Source: Rhodosorus marinus CCMP1338 (lineage: Eukaryota > Plantae > Rhodophyta). Taken from it: a stretch of DNA of 64,000 bases. Shown here piece after piece: positions 50,001 through 62,922 of the stretch. The stretch is taken from the NCBI GenBank assembly GCA_029953675.1, contig JAMWBK010000013.1:124001-188000 (forward strand), written 5' to 3'. Position 1 is the stretch's first letter, and every line of letters begins with the position of its first letter. The notes beneath the pieces were generated by a model, which saw nothing but the letters and a program-made list of their open reading frames with translations, did not search any database and was not told the DNA's origin. The position numbers and the translations under genes were made by a program.

Positions 50001-52186
50001 AGATCTATTTCACCCTCGGCGATCGCCTCCTGCGTCGTATACTTGGCGAGTTGATTCCTTTGAGTGACTAGCCCCACTAGCTCTGGTCGCTTCGACGCCA
50101 CCAGTATAGAGTGTTCACCATCCTGACTCTCATTTTCCTTTCCAGCAGTCTTGTTGTTACCACTTATGTACGTAAGTATGCCCTGGTTGACGGAGGAATC
50201 GTAGCGCTCTGAGAGCAAAAGCGAATAAATCAACAGCTGTGCTGTGTGGTAGACTTTTCTCCCGCTGCCAACCCGCCCCGTTTTAAACTCCAAAGCCGCA
50301 AAGGATTCCGCTTCATCATCGACCCGGATCTGAGGCGGGTAGAATGGATCCAGTGGAGAGAGTTTTTAGGTCAGCGCTTATGCGCACAAAGCGACAAGTT
50401 GAAGGTTCCCTCGCTGGGACCGATTCCATAGCGCACTAAGGCGGTGCGGGGTAGGACTCACCTTTAACGTAGCATCAATTTTGCCTTTCAAGCCAAAGAC
50501 GGGACTCCATATGCTTTCTTCAATCGCCAGGACTGAATTGACTCCCAGTCTACGGTTCGACTTACCAGAACTGATGGCCTTGGAACCGTACAGATAAGAG
50601 TCCACAAATTGCAGAATGCCCTTGATAGTACTTTGCAGGAACTCTGAAGCCTCAGCTTTCCTCATGTCAGCTCCATACAAGCCCGAGATGTTTTCGTGTA
50701 GAATCAAGCCCACTGCATCTTCTCGTTTCAATGATACACAGAAATTGACGACCATTTGGGATACTGTTAGCACAGGAACCTGAAGGTGGGATATGTGCAA
50801 TTTGGGCGACTTCGCTCTCACCATACAAGCATCGCTTCATGTCCTCTCTGCGATCGACATACGATGGTGCAATCGTGAGTGCCTTCTGGAACAGACAATG
50901 CGCTAAAGAACCTCTCAACGCTGCTTTCGATTCGTAGCCATGAACAGCCTTGTTCCGATCCATAAGCACAGACTTGCGGACACACGGAAACGATGAAGCT
51001 ATTGTTGTGCCATTCAGAAGAACATCCGGATGCACAATGAGTAGATTTTGATCCTTATCGACTACAATATCCGCCGGGGGTGTCGGTCCACTAGCCAGTT
51101 TGCCATTCTGCACAAATACAATACGCAAGATTGTGCCAACGTCCACTTCCGTCTCGCACCACTGATCACATAAAACAACTCGGACTACCTCCTGCTGACC
51201 GTTTTCAGTCGCTCCGGAGACCCACAGCGAAGTGTTCGATGCACTTCGCTCCAGGTCCCGAACCACAAGCCTTTCTGTGCAAAACGATGACGATCTCTTT
51301 TCTGCTGGAGCTCTGTTCACTTCAAAGTCCTGGACCAGCTCCAGAAGCGCCTCATCAAACAAATCCTCACCAGGCTCTTCTTTCTGCGTGGATACCAGTT
51401 GCAGATCAGGAAGATTTTCCTTTCCATGAGAACTGAACTGACGATCATCAGCTTGGCTCGAAGTTCTTGCCGAGTCTTCTGGCAAGACTTTCAGGTCCTC
51501 GGTCTTCGCATTCAATTGGAACGTCTTCTTGTGCAGTTGGTTAATTTGAGAAATGGTGTCCTGAATTGGAGTACAGTCCCTGAACGAAGCAGCCGCCCTG
51601 ACTGGCCTGTCCTCTTCCGACCTAAACGCGGTCAACAACGGGAAGCATTTAGGACAAAGGAGTGTGGCTTCAAAGAGTTCCAGGAGCTTATCTATTGCCC
51701 GACTGCTCGATGCCCTCTGTATTCCTCGACTACCCGAAACAGTCCTGAATCTCGTAGACCTGATCTGAGCGCTAGGAAGGCACGTTACGCTTGACTTGCC
51801 AGTGCCACAACGTACCTAGAAGTGGAAAGACTGTCCCCATTATCGTCGCTCCTCTTCGTCTTCTTGGAAAGCATCCATGCGTCCAACAGGTTTTCCGGAG
51901 ACGCTCCGCTTCTCTCGAGATCCTCAGTAGGACCGATCTTTCTCTTCTGCTTTGCTGGAGTTATTCCAGCTCCACGTCTACCAGGTCCATGCTGCCCAGC
52001 TGAACGCGAATTTCTTTTTTCTCGCTTGTAGACTATTCTTTGGCTAGGCAGGACCCCATTCTGATGATCTAAATCGTCCTCTTCAAACTCGATATCCGAC
52101 CTTCTCTCAGTCGCCGCTGGTTCCGGGACTGAGTTCGTCGCCTCAGCTGGACGTTTCGACCCTCGAATTGTTAGAAAGCGTTTCAT
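47032..52186 (-). CDS. DNA2: DNA replication helicase/nuclease Dna2, multi-exon
   Basis: Nuclease motifs [19 protein letters not shown] and EFKTG; Fe-S cysteines ([14 protein letters not shown]); SF1 helicase motifs [34 protein letters not shown] and NVALTRAR. Confidence 0.97.
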
Positions 52187-53389
52187 AACTTAACGGTTTT
52201 TCAGAAACGACCTTTGAACGCTCATGGCATCCTGGATCCCCGAGGAGCACTCTAAACTCCTCATCACCCTACTAAGGAAAAAAAAACACACACAGCCCCG
52301 AAAAAGCAGGGGGGTATCGGGACAAAACCTATACGCAAACCAAACCAAAAAGAAGTTCAACCTAACCAACAAGTCCTGAAATACTTGTTCCGAAGAGCGT
52401 TCAAGAACATCCTCTCCGAGTCTTTCCAACAGTAGCACCCGAACCCCCGAACCTCCTCCCACCCCCCCATTCCTTGCGCCTGTTTTTTATACCCCTCTCC
52501 AAACCCCCCAGAGTCTCACATCCATCCCAGATTTGAAACTCCTCTATAATGAAAACTAACTTTACCCCCTCCTTTTTGTCAATACATGAAATTCATTGTA
52601 GACTAATTTATTTCATTTATTCCTTATATTGAAATTTATACGATTGCCGCTACCCCTGCAAAACGTTTGTTCGTAATCGAACTCTTGTAATTTACTTTAT
52701 TTTACAACGTGACGTTGGACGAAGATCAACGGAAAAAATTGTCGGGCCGAAGAGTTTCGATGCATACCAATTTGCTTTGGCCCAAATGGATTGAAATTAG
52801 TCAAAATAGGTATAAATGATTGAACTTGATGAGTAAATTTTGATCAGAGGGAGCAGCAGCGAGTCCTGTTGGAGCTGGACATGTTCGACCAGTTTGCAGG
52901 GTAACAACGAGGGGAAAACTCGGAGATACTGGATGGATACCGTGAAAAAGTATACTGTGAACGTTTGACGAGCACGGATCGAAGGCTGTGGACTTTTTTT
53001 AGGATGTTGTCATCGGATTGGACGGGCAAGATCGCTGAGATTTCGCGCTGTGGGCTTGAGAGCTTCGCGAGCTGCGATGCGAGCACTTTTTGACTGTGAG
53101 TCAGGAAAACAGAGAAAATTCTTTTGCGTTGCGTGTAGCAGAGAAAGAGAGCTACAAGGTATAGTCCGGGCTCTGTATGGTTCTGTCAAGGTTCTAACGA
53201 GGAATCGAGCAGTACACTCGAGTTGTCTACTTTTGAGAAAGTTGTCGACAATTTTGCATATCTATGGTATCGTTGCATCCAACGCTGCATACTCAGTGTT
53301 TCGTTAACTGAATTATCAAGAATTCGCGAAAATGAACCCCGGGGAGCCCAGGAAGTGTTCGTTGAAGCTATAGAAGGGAACAAGTAGGC

Positions 53390-54334
53390 TAAAACGAATC
53401 ATCGGACCACATGACTCTGACGAGGTCCTAAAAAAAGGGAAATGATCGAGAGCTTTGTATCTGGGTCAGCCCCGTTTGATGAACGCTGTCTCTTGACATT
53501 TTATTCGGTATCCATGTCCTTGTTAGAACTTTGTTTGAATCATTTGGTCCCCCGACTGCGTTGCAGCTTCATATCTCTGTTGCTAGCCCGAATACAGCAC
53601 TCATTGACTGTCGCAAAGTCCACATATCTCAGGTTATGAAACTAGCTGCTTGATGAATCTCTGAGAATGCGTCGTTGGGTGCAACCCTGAACGCTTTACT
53701 AAATCGTTAACGCGCTCCCCATGAAGTATCCGTAAACATCTTAACACCTCCCGCCAGATTTTTATTGTTTTTTCCGTGCGGTGGTAAGCTGGAGGCTCGG
53801 TGAATCCCAAGCAAGTTCTCAAAGCTGTACTTGCTCCAGGTCGGGAGATATCCGACGTGCTATATCACGGCACGCCGCTTCTTCGCGTCCTCAGCGTTTG
53901 TCTTGCCTGCTGCTCAGATTAGACTGAGCTACCCATGCAGCATTTTTTGTCTTGACTACAATGATGATGTCCTACTGGTCAAGCTGTCCTGAAAGGCACT
54001 GGTCTTGACTTTTGCATTTTAGTCATGCCCTGGACATACTGTGGTCTACCACGTCCGCCGCGAAGCTGCGCGTCACGAGAGCGTAATTGTCGATGACACA
54101 ATATTGGAAAGGACTTCAAGAGTGCTGCTTGAGAGAATGCGTGGACTTGCTGCGAAGCTCTGGGCGGAATTTTGCAAAGTCCCTTCTCCCAATGCTCGCG
54201 TAGAAGCGCGAAGAGTTACTGAAACCAGCACTTGCCAGATCCTTGGCGCGTCAGTCCTGAAGGTACAGAACAACCGCATCCCGACGCCTCAGAGCTCCAT
54301 GCTTTGGTGGTCTGAAAGACCATGCTGCGCGTAG
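53390..54334 (+). mobile_element. Possible degenerate Ty1/copia pol remnant
   Basis: SSDHMT (~53397-53415) resembles the copia protease SDHMT motif. LERTSRVLLERMRG..KLWAEF resembles the integrase ERxNRTLLE..LWAEA segment. Confidence 0.3.
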
Positions 54335-54426
54335 ATGTTTCATCCATCTTCATTGACTTAGTTATAGCTAGCACATTGGTAAGATAAAGGCCCGTTTCGT
54401 AATCATAGATCTAAAATAATCGCCGC

Positions 54427-55183
54427 TTAGACGATTGTCCCAGATGCACTTGCAACACGAGGCCACAAGTCGGCGCACTCCTTCGCAACCGGACCAGTGA
54501 TGGCAGATCCTTTCATTTCTCCTTTTGGATTCACGATGACCCCCGCATTATCTAATTTGAACGTGAAGTGGCAAGAACAACAAACGGAGAAACTTAAGTT
54601 GACAACTCTCATACACGCGCTTCCAACTCCGAAAAGCTATATAAGCCAAACTCAGTCCCGAAAGATGGAAAGATCACAGAATGGAATGTATGTGTTACAT
54701 TCCTCAACGTTGGATTGAAAGAGATCATCCTCGTTCACCAAAATACCCCAAAAAGCAGCCGCAGCAATGAAAGACATTTTCTTACCTTCAAAACCTATGA
54801 AAATACCGTCCTTTCTCCTCCACTTCTTCTTCTGTCTTATGATAACAGCTTGTAACACCTTCTTCCTGAGCTCTGGCTTTCCCTTCTTCACGGTGGCCAA
54901 AACCATATCACCAGGTCCTCCAGACGGAAGCCGGTTCAACCGACCCTTAATACCCTTCACGGAAATGATGTAAAGGTTCTTCGCACCAGTGTTGTCCGCA
55001 CAGTTCATCACCGCACCAACAGGAAGACCAAGAGTCATACGAAACTTGGATCCAGACGATCCTCCCCTTCCTAAAAAAAACAAACAGAAAAAAACACAAA
55101 ACTCAGAACAAAACCCCTCCAGATCCAGCCGATAAAAAAAGGGAAAAAAACAATTTCTCCCACTACCCACCTCGCTTCGACAT
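54427..55183 (-). CDS. RPL23: 60S ribosomal protein L23 (uL14), 3 exons
   Basis: Spliced protein MSKRG|[34 protein letters not shown]|[32 protein letters not shown]. Confidence 0.98.
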
Positions 55184-55778
55184 TATGACAAAGAAAAGAA
55201 CAAAACCTCTCTCGCTCTCTCCTACTCCACCAAACCAAAAAGAAACAAAGTAAACCTCTTATCTTCCCTCTCCCCCCCTCTCCTCCCTCTCCTCCCTCTC
55301 CTTCACCCGCCCCGAACCGTCTCAAAGCCAAAAGAAAATCCCCTCCGCCGAAAAATCCTCCAATTGTCCCCCATCAACTTCGGACAGCTTGACTCTCGTC
55401 GTCGGCGTCGGGAAAACAGCAAAAACAAAATCCAGATCAATCATTATAACACCCAACAAATTTACATCATTCGATACTATAATGATTGATATCAAAATAC
55501 ACCAACTGTGATAATAAAAACCGCTATCTGCCCATAATATTTCAAAAAAACTTATCTGCTATTACTTATTTAACATATTTGTACGCCTCGAGCAAAACAT
55601 ATATTTTATAGCTTACATAAATTCATGTATTATAGAAATATAATTGTAGTCAGTCATTATTATGTGAAATATTTTCGTTGTTTGGGATGTGCTATTCGTG
55701 AATGGTAGGAATAATAGGGCGACTGGTGGCAATATATTTTAAAATTCGTTGTGATGTAGTTTGATTGAATATTAGTCT

Positions 55779-56549
55779 TTATTTGTATATTGATTGAGGT
55801 CTTGGGGTGGGTGCGTTTGGTTTCGGCTTGGTCGACAACAAGGTTGAGAGGTAGTTCGTGAGAGCTTTAGGGTTAAAGAAGAGGGTCAATGCATTTGAGA
55901 GTGGTTTTGGAAGGTAATTTAGGGATGTACTGAGTTTGAGCAAGGTTTTCCTCAGTTTTGGGTAGTTTGTGAGGGTTGATCCGAAGGTTTTGTAGGCCTG
56001 GATCGTGCTATCCATTGCTGCCCACCACGCCTCCTCAACGTCTGTTGATGTTTTTTCTGCCTCTCCTTGCGAGTTCTTCGAGCGATAGGATCTCCTCCGA
56101 GCGACGGTGTCCGAGTCCCAGTTCCGGGCCTCGACGGCCATTCCCATACCAACTGCCGCCAGTACCATGCACCAGGTCACCAACACGCGCCTCATTGCTT
56201 CACCTTCTCCGCTCAGAGACAACTCATTGCCTTCTAAAATAGGCGATCTCTTTTGTTTGACCCGAAGCGCATCTCCTTCATTACCAAAGTCTGCGGGTTT
56301 CCAAGGACGACAAGCCCTGTCAATAGCTACCTGTTCTCTCTGGTCCATCCACCATGAGCTTTGAAACGGGCAGCTGGAAGGAGCGGCTATTGTTTCACAG
56401 TGAAGTGAGCACGTAGATCTGAAGAAGACGCCTGCCGCTTCCGTGCAGCTGAGAGAATGGACGTTCGTGCATGTGGTTGATGAAGTGATGAAGGCATTCA
56501 AAACCAAAAAAAAAAGAAGAAGTGGTAAGGAACCAGCGGGATAAAGCAT
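55779..56549 (-). CDS. Hypothetical secreted or membrane protein (start at 56549 or at the internal MRRVLV)
   Basis: 256-aa ORF with two signal-peptide-like hydrophobic segments and an amphipathic C-terminus. No family recognised. Confidence 0.45.
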   Translation of the reverse strand: MLYPAGSLPLLLFFLVLNAFITSSTTCTNVHSLSCTEAAGVFFRSTCSLHCETIAAPSSCPFQSSWWMDQREQVAIDRACRPWKPADFGNEGDALRVKQKRSPILEGNELSLSGEGEAMRRVLVTWCMVLAAVGMGMAVEARNWDSDTVARRRSYRSKNSQGEAEKTSTDVEEAWWAAMDSTIQAYKTFGSTLTNYPKLRKTLLKLSTSLNYLPKPLSNALTLFFNPKALTNYLSTLLSTKPKPNAPTPRPQSIYK

Positions 56550-57057
56550 TCCTCAGAGTTCGTACCCTACTACGATGCGTGAGCCTTCGGAGCAGGCCAA
56601 ACGGCAAAGTTTTCCAAGCTGCGTTTCCCCCGTGCAGTCGCGGTGCCTCAGGGTTGGTAGCATCCCATTCGCTAATTAAGAACGTATTAACCAATTATTT
56701 AGCATAACATCCATCTAATTCCGTTATAAGAAAATTACTGGTCAATATGGTTCTGTAGACACCAATCCGTATGCTTTTTAAAACATGCTACATCATTATT
56801 GGTTTATTAATGGTTTATTGTCAGTATAAGTATATTTATTGGTTATTAAGTGCGCTATTATCCAACTAATACGCTGGGTATTCTTGTATGGGATGCGATT
56901 GTGTAAGTTGTGTGATGGTCTGACGGGAGCTGAAGATGGAATGGGTCTTTGGAAACCGTAGCGATCATTGGTTTCAAACCGTTTGTTTTCGCTGGTTTTT
57001 TCTCAAGGTTTTCTGTTAGCCAGAGGATCTAAAGTCGTGTTAATTTTCTCCATTCCA

Positions 57058-58410
57058 ATGAGCGGTTCCTGTGGGAGGCTGTGCTTGCATGATCTGAGAC
57101 GGATTTGGACGGTGCTTCGATCGAGATCTGTGGTTCGAGTAAAAGGGCCGGACGTCGAGAAGTTCTTTCAGAACTTGGTCACTCAGGATGTGAGAGATAT
57201 TGGAATTTTAACTGAAGGACGACACGCTGGGTTTCTCAGTAGCCGTGGCCGCTTGCTGCATGACACAATCTTGTCCAGACCGTCCGAGGAAGAATTCCTC
57301 GTTGACGTGGACCGCGCGAACGCTGCCCGTACGAGAGCTGTGAAAATCTCCAACCTCAGCAGCTCAACAGACTTTCTCTAAGTCTCGATCGATTGGTACA
57401 TTGCGCTTCATGTTTTCCTAGGATTAACAAGACAGTTGAATATTTACAAGCTGAGAGCGAATGTGAAGATATCAGACGCTTCTGACGAGCTTTCAGTCTG
57501 GTAACATATTCTCACAACCTCTAAGCCACCACTGTCTTAGCTAATCTACCAAATCCGCATCCACTCCTCGCAGGTCTTTCGCGGGGGTCCCGAGCGCGGA
57601 AGCTTTGAACGTGAACCCCGTAACCGCGTTCTCAGACCCAAGGAGCAAGGCGCTAGGGTTGCGGATGATCTTAGAGAAAACTTCCAGACCATTACTTCCA
57701 GAAGTACGTCCCACGCATACAGATTTACTCTGTTTATGTTGATCTCGATCTCAAAACATGCCCCGCAACTCGTCCTCGTTGGCAGAACGTGACAGGAGTA
57801 ACAGAGAAGGTGTACCAGGTCATCCGAACACTGAACGGAATTTGCGAAGGCAGTGTCGAGTCTCAGGGCGACTTCACCGAAGAGGAGTTGCCTCTCGAGT
57901 GCAACCTGGATGTTACCGGTGGTGTGAGCTTCGAAAAAGGATGCTACATTGGTCAGGAGCTGACGGCCAGGACCCACCATACCGGTGTGGTTCGTAAGCG
58001 CTTCTTCCCCATGGCAATAGATAAATCACCCGATAGAGCACTCAGAGCAGCACAAGTTGCGCAGGAGTACATCCACAGCGATCAGAGTACGTCAAAAGCC
58101 AGGCGAGAACACCTGCCATGCGCACTAGAAACCAGCTGAAATCGCCTGCCTATCGACAGCAACCTTGATTCCACAGAACCTCGTCGACTATGACGCTAAC
58201 TACAAGCTCAGCGGATCGTCGATAGAACGGGAGGGAGCCAATAGACCCACTGGAGAGCTAAGATCATCAGTTTACAACTTGTCGATGTCACATATCCGTT
58301 TTGAACAGGCCTTTGATGATGACGGAAAGAGCACAGTGTTTAACGTTGGTGAACAGTTCGCGGTGGCGTGGAAGCCCGACTGGTTCCAGCAGCTCAAGCG
58401 GATGCGATGA
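57058..58410 (+). CDS. IBA57: IBA57/CAF17/YgfZ folate-binding Fe-S maturation factor, multi-exon
   Basis: Motifs RSVVRVKGPDVEKFFQNLVTQD, YKLRANVKI and the signature SFEKGCYIGQELTART. Confidence 0.93.
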
Positions 58411-59009
58411 GGGGTTCAATGAGATCTGAGAATGGAACTGACTCGTTCACGAGCCGCGCCATTGTTAAATAGGAGAGAGAGAACTGTGTGATTGAACAGT
58501 GGATAAGACAGATGTAAATAAAACGCCCAAGTTTCCAGGGAGTAGATCGCTGAAAAGCGCCCTGAGCGAGGCGTTGGAAGCCTCCCGGAGAGATTGTAGA
58601 AGCTTTTCTGCTGATAGAAGGTCTGCTTCCAGACCAGAGAGATCGCTCTGAGGGACTACTTCTGAAGAGCGGATTCAACTTTCCATGAGTCTGGGGCATC
58701 CACGATTGAAGACCGTCCTGAGCAAGCCATCAGGACACTCCTGGAGCGCTTGCAGGGGTTTGGTGCTGACAGAAAAGTCTCGTCCGATTTAAAGCTGTTC
58801 CAGGGCAGACAGATCTTTCTGAAGAACTACTTTAAAGGACAGAATCGGGTCTTGTTCCCATCCCTCCCATGGAGAGTTTCTTCAACAGTCAAGCTCTGGT
58901 TCCATGCGGCGATCACCACGGTGCCTGTGAGTACCTGCTGTTCAGAGCGCTTTGATGCAAGGCCGCTTTTCTTGTGCAAATATCTACTGGGCTTTGTTTA
59001 TTCGACGAT

Positions 59010-60219
59010 TTAGGAGGTCACCATGGGGGCACTGGCTTGTTCGGTGGATTCAGCTTTGTACTGGTAGTGCTTCTGAGCGGAGTCCTCGGAGCTAATCTTC
59101 GTCCATCCATCTTCTCCAACGTGGTAGACTATCAGAAGAACGGGCGCGGAGAGGGGAGAGCCAGAGCGTAAGAAACTGAGGAAGGAACTAGCGCGAGCCG
59201 AAAAGTTTTCTTGTGAAATCGTACTGTTGATGATTCCACCAGAAGCACCATCTCGATGAGTGGCGTGGTAGATGCTTCGTCTGCCCAGTTCGCATGCCTC
59301 TTCAACCGATAGGTCGTATTTGTAGCCAATATCTAGAACACCCATTGCAAACGTTGAGCCAGATCCAACTGAGAACAGGTTTCCCTTCAATCTTGTCCCG
59401 TCATTGTCAACGTAGAAGAGAGCAGGGCCGGTCTTGTCCCATCCCATGATCATGGTTCCCTTCGGGGATGAAGAAGAGAACGGGCTTAGAAGGATTTTTC
59501 TTGCATGGTTTTTAAAGGAATTCGGAGGGGATTTCCTAGTACCATTGACAGACCCATTCCACGAAAGCGGGATACGGAATTGACAAGCAGCTTGGAAGCT
59601 GCAGCGACGGATATTCTTTCCTTGTTCCTCAGCTCGAACAGTCGGCATTGCCTTTCCAAGTATTCAATGTAGGAAAACACGCCTTTCGATGAGGAAAAGT
59701 AGGCCTTCTGGCGTGATGCGGCCTGACGTTCTTACCTCCCAAGATCCCTCTCCCAGAAAGAGCAATCCGCCGCTCCTCCAGCCATCGTTCCAAGCAAGAA
59801 TGGGTTGATTTCAATGATTTTCTTCACCGTACCTGACCCAATGTACACGCCCATTGACGCCCGGGAGTCGACCGCCGCGATAATGCCATGCTTGAACACA
59901 AACGCCAACGTCGTCGTTCCGTGAGCAAACTTCAAGACCTCAGCCTCCTGACCCTTGAACGAGTCCGATAAAAACTTATCCGGCTGATCATCAAATGAGA
60001 GGATCAAAAACAAAAATGAGTCAAAACACCCAAAAACCTTGAGGAATCTACCATCGCAGCCCCTCAGCAGACAAAAAAATCAAGATCGCTCACCCTAGGC
60101 ACGTTCGGAATAGTCAAAACATGCTCCTCACCAAGCTCAACCGCATCAGGACCAACCTCACAGCTCAACCCCGACCTCCCATACTTCGTATCCAGCGCCT
60201 CAGATAGATCGATATTCAT
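59010..60219 (-). CDS. PSMB5: 20S proteasome subunit beta 5, multi-exon
   Basis: Propeptide followed by HG|[38 protein letters not shown] and [10 protein letters not shown]. Confidence 0.97.
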
Positions 60220-60249
60220 CCTTCCTCTCCTCCCTCCCCCTCTCCCTCC

Positions 60250-60340
60250 TCCTCTCCCTCCTCCCTCCTCCTCCTCCTCCTCCTCCTCCTCCTCCTCAAC
60301 AACAACAACAAATCCAAACCAAAGCAAAAAGAAACCTTTC

Positions 60341-60381
<41 letters not shown>
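60250..60381. repeat. (CCT)n and (TA)n microsatellites in the PSMB5 leader
   Basis: CCT run at ~60255-60297; TA run at 60344-60381. Confidence 0.95.
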
Positions 60382-60382
<1 letters not shown>

Positions 60383-60621
60383 CAAACCAAACTACTATCC
60401 AAACATCGACAAATAAGTCTACCCTTCCCAACTCGATCTTGGTCCCCCCAACTCCCCCCCCCCCTCTCTTTGTACTCCAAAACCAATTTCCTCCTCCATC
60501 ATCAAACACATGACACTTAAACAAAATCTAACCTCATCCGTTTCCAATTAAAACAAACCCATTTGCTGATCTCTTAGTTCTTAATAGTCACCCCTATAAA
60601 CTTATTTAATCGTCACCATTA

Positions 60622-60745
60622 GAAATCTGACAGATTTCAACAGCGCTGTCCTTCAGACAGCTGTCCCTCAACTTCTCCTATTGGATAATAAAGACAGACT
60701 GTTTTTAGGACAGGCTGTTAAATCTGGTTGAGTGACAGGCTGTCC
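60622..60745. repeat. Nested palindromic element built from GACAG-N-CTGTC units
   Basis: cagatttcaacagc (60631) pairs with gctgttaaatctg (60714); five (G/A)ACAG-N0-2-CTGT units lie in ~110 bp. Confidence 0.7.
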
Positions 60746-61102
60746 CATCTCGCGGTCGTGATCCTCAGACTGAGAAGTTTGATGAGGTATATACTACGGG
60801 TTGAGAGTTGATGCTTAATACTCGTTTAATTGTATAAAGGATGAATATTACTCTTTATTTAGTGTTTAGTGTGAAGCAGGGAAGGGGTAGATACTTGGCG
60901 TATTTTTTCTTTTGGTTTATGATGTCGAGCTGGAGATGAGATAAAGGACTGGGGGTTGGAATCGGAGTGGACTGGCTTGGGAGGGAGGGGGGGGAAGGAA
61001 GGGAGGGAGGAAAGGGAGATTTGAGGTCGTGAAGGAGATGAGTTTGTTGTAATTCTGTGAGGGACAGAATTTGGAATCTGTGGTGTGAGGGGTTCAGGAA
61101 AG

Positions 61103-62494
61103 ATGGATGCGTTGTTTGTATCGAGTTGGACTGGGCATCGGGTTGGTGCCCGGAGGGGAAGGACGTGTGCGCGGGTTCGGATGAGCATCGATTTTCGTCG
61201 GGTGGCTGAGCGCGTGGATGAGTATCGGGTGAACATTGAGAACCGGAAGGTTGGTGCTGATGTTGAGCGAGTTTTGGAGCTGTACGAAGGGTACAGGGCC
61301 TCGGTGACGGAGTTGACGGCGATCCGGACGAAAAAGAACGAGAATTCTGCGCAGATGAAGAAGATTAAGACCATGACGCAGGAAGACAAGGACGCGTGTA
61401 TCAAGGAAGGAAAGGCCTTGAAGGAGCAATCGCAGGTTCTGGAGGACAAGACGAGGGAGCTTGAAGCTGAGCTCAATGCGGAAGGATCTAAGCTGCCGAA
61501 CCTGACGCATCCAGATGTTCCTGTAGGGGAAGAAGCAAACGCCACTGTCCTCCGCGTTGTCGGGGAGCAGCGGGATTTTGACTTCCCGATCCGATCGCAC
61601 CTGGACCTCGGCCTGGATCTCGACATGTTCGATTTTGAAAACGCTGCAATCGTAACCGGGCAAAAATTCTACTACCTCAGAAACGCCGGAGCGCTGCTGG
61701 AACTTGCCTTGATCAACTGGGCCATGAGCATTGCCGCATCGAGAGGATTCACACCCATGACTACGCCAGATCTTGCCCGAGAAGGGATGGTCCAGGGCTG
61801 TGGATTCCAACCAAGGGGTCCAGAGTCGCAGGTCTATCGCGTTGACGAAACTGACCTGTGCTTGGTCGGAACGGCGGAGATTCCGCTTGCTGGATACTAC
61901 GCCGGAAAGATCCTGGACAAAGAGGCGCTTCCGATCAAGATGGCTGCCTTCAGTCACTGCTTTAGGCAGGAGGTCGGAGGCGCTGGAAGCGCTGTGCGCG
62001 GTTTGTACAGAGTGCATCAGTTCTCGAAAGTGGAGCTCTTCGTTATCGCAACTGAGGATCAGAGCGATGAGATACATCAGGAGCTGCGTGCTATGGAGGA
62101 AGAGATGTTCGAGAGCCTTGGGCTGCACTTCAAGACGCTGGATATGCCCACTGAGGACCTCGGGAACCCAGCGTACCGCAAGTTCGACATCGAAGCGTGG
62201 ATGCCAGCCCGCGGCGAGTCCGGCTCCTACGGAGAGATAAGCTCCGCTTCAAACTGCACAGACTACCAGGCCCGGAGACTGAACATCCGCTACAGGGAAG
62301 GGAAGGGGGACAACAAGTTCGCCCATACGCTCAACGGCACTGCCTGCGCAGTGCCGAGAATGATCGTCGCCATCCTGGAGAACAATCAGCAGGAAGACGG
62401 CTCCGTTGTTGTCCCAGAAGTCCTTCGGCCTTACCTCGGCGGCATGGATGTCATCCGACCCAGCCCGAAGAAGAAGGAAGTGCTCAAGTCGTAG
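61103..62494 (+). CDS. serS: Seryl-tRNA synthetase, organelle-targeted type, intronless
   Basis: MDALFV..RVRMS transit-like leader, coiled-coil arm, and motifs LVGTAEIPL, FSHCFRQE, GLYRVHQFSKVE, EISSASNCTDYQARRL and HTLNGTACAVPR. Confidence 0.96.
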   Translation: MDALFVSSWTGHRVGARRGRTCARVRMSIDFRRVAERVDEYRVNIENRKVGADVERVLELYEGYRASVTELTAIRTKKNENSAQMKKIKTMTQEDKDACIKEGKALKEQSQVLEDKTRELEAELNAEGSKLPNLTHPDVPVGEEANATVLRVVGEQRDFDFPIRSHLDLGLDLDMFDFENAAIVTGQKFYYLRNAGALLELALINWAMSIAASRGFTPMTTPDLAREGMVQGCGFQPRGPESQVYRVDETDLCLVGTAEIPLAGYYAGKILDKEALPIKMAAFSHCFRQEVGGAGSAVRGLYRVHQFSKVELFVIATEDQSDEIHQELRAMEEEMFESLGLHFKTLDMPTEDLGNPAYRKFDIEAWMPARGESGSYGEISSASNCTDYQARRLNIRYREGKGDNKFAHTLNGTACAVPRMIVAILENNQQEDGSVVVPEVLRPYLGGMDVIRPSPKKKEVLKS

Positions 62495-62922
62495 TGTGCA
62501 CCGTGTCCTCTTTACAGATATCTGCGACCTAACTTAACTAAAACAAATATGTTTGCGTCTGATTGTGACGCGGGATCGAGGCATCGACGAAATGCTTCCG
62601 GCAAACAACGTTTGTAATGTGAGCAACGGGGAGCCTGATCTATGATCCGACCACCCGCTGCCTTGTTTCTATTAAGGGTAATACCAATCGGTCCATGCTT
62701 TTGTACACTTTCTGCCCGGATAAAAGACTGAGTTTTACGTGTCTAGTTCTCGGCTATGATCCATTTGATCTCGGGAAGATCGAGATGCGGCGCCCCAACC
62801 TTTTTAACAGCAAATATAGAGCCGCTTTTGGGTCCCCTCGGTACCGGGGAGCGGTCTTGAACACGATGATTCCCCATGTCCTGATTGAACAAGAATCTTC
62901 TCCTTCCTTGAGCTGCACCGCT

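Noticed and set aside
61094-62128. 344-aa minus-strand ORF
   Set aside because: Antisense shadow of SerRS with no motifs of its own.
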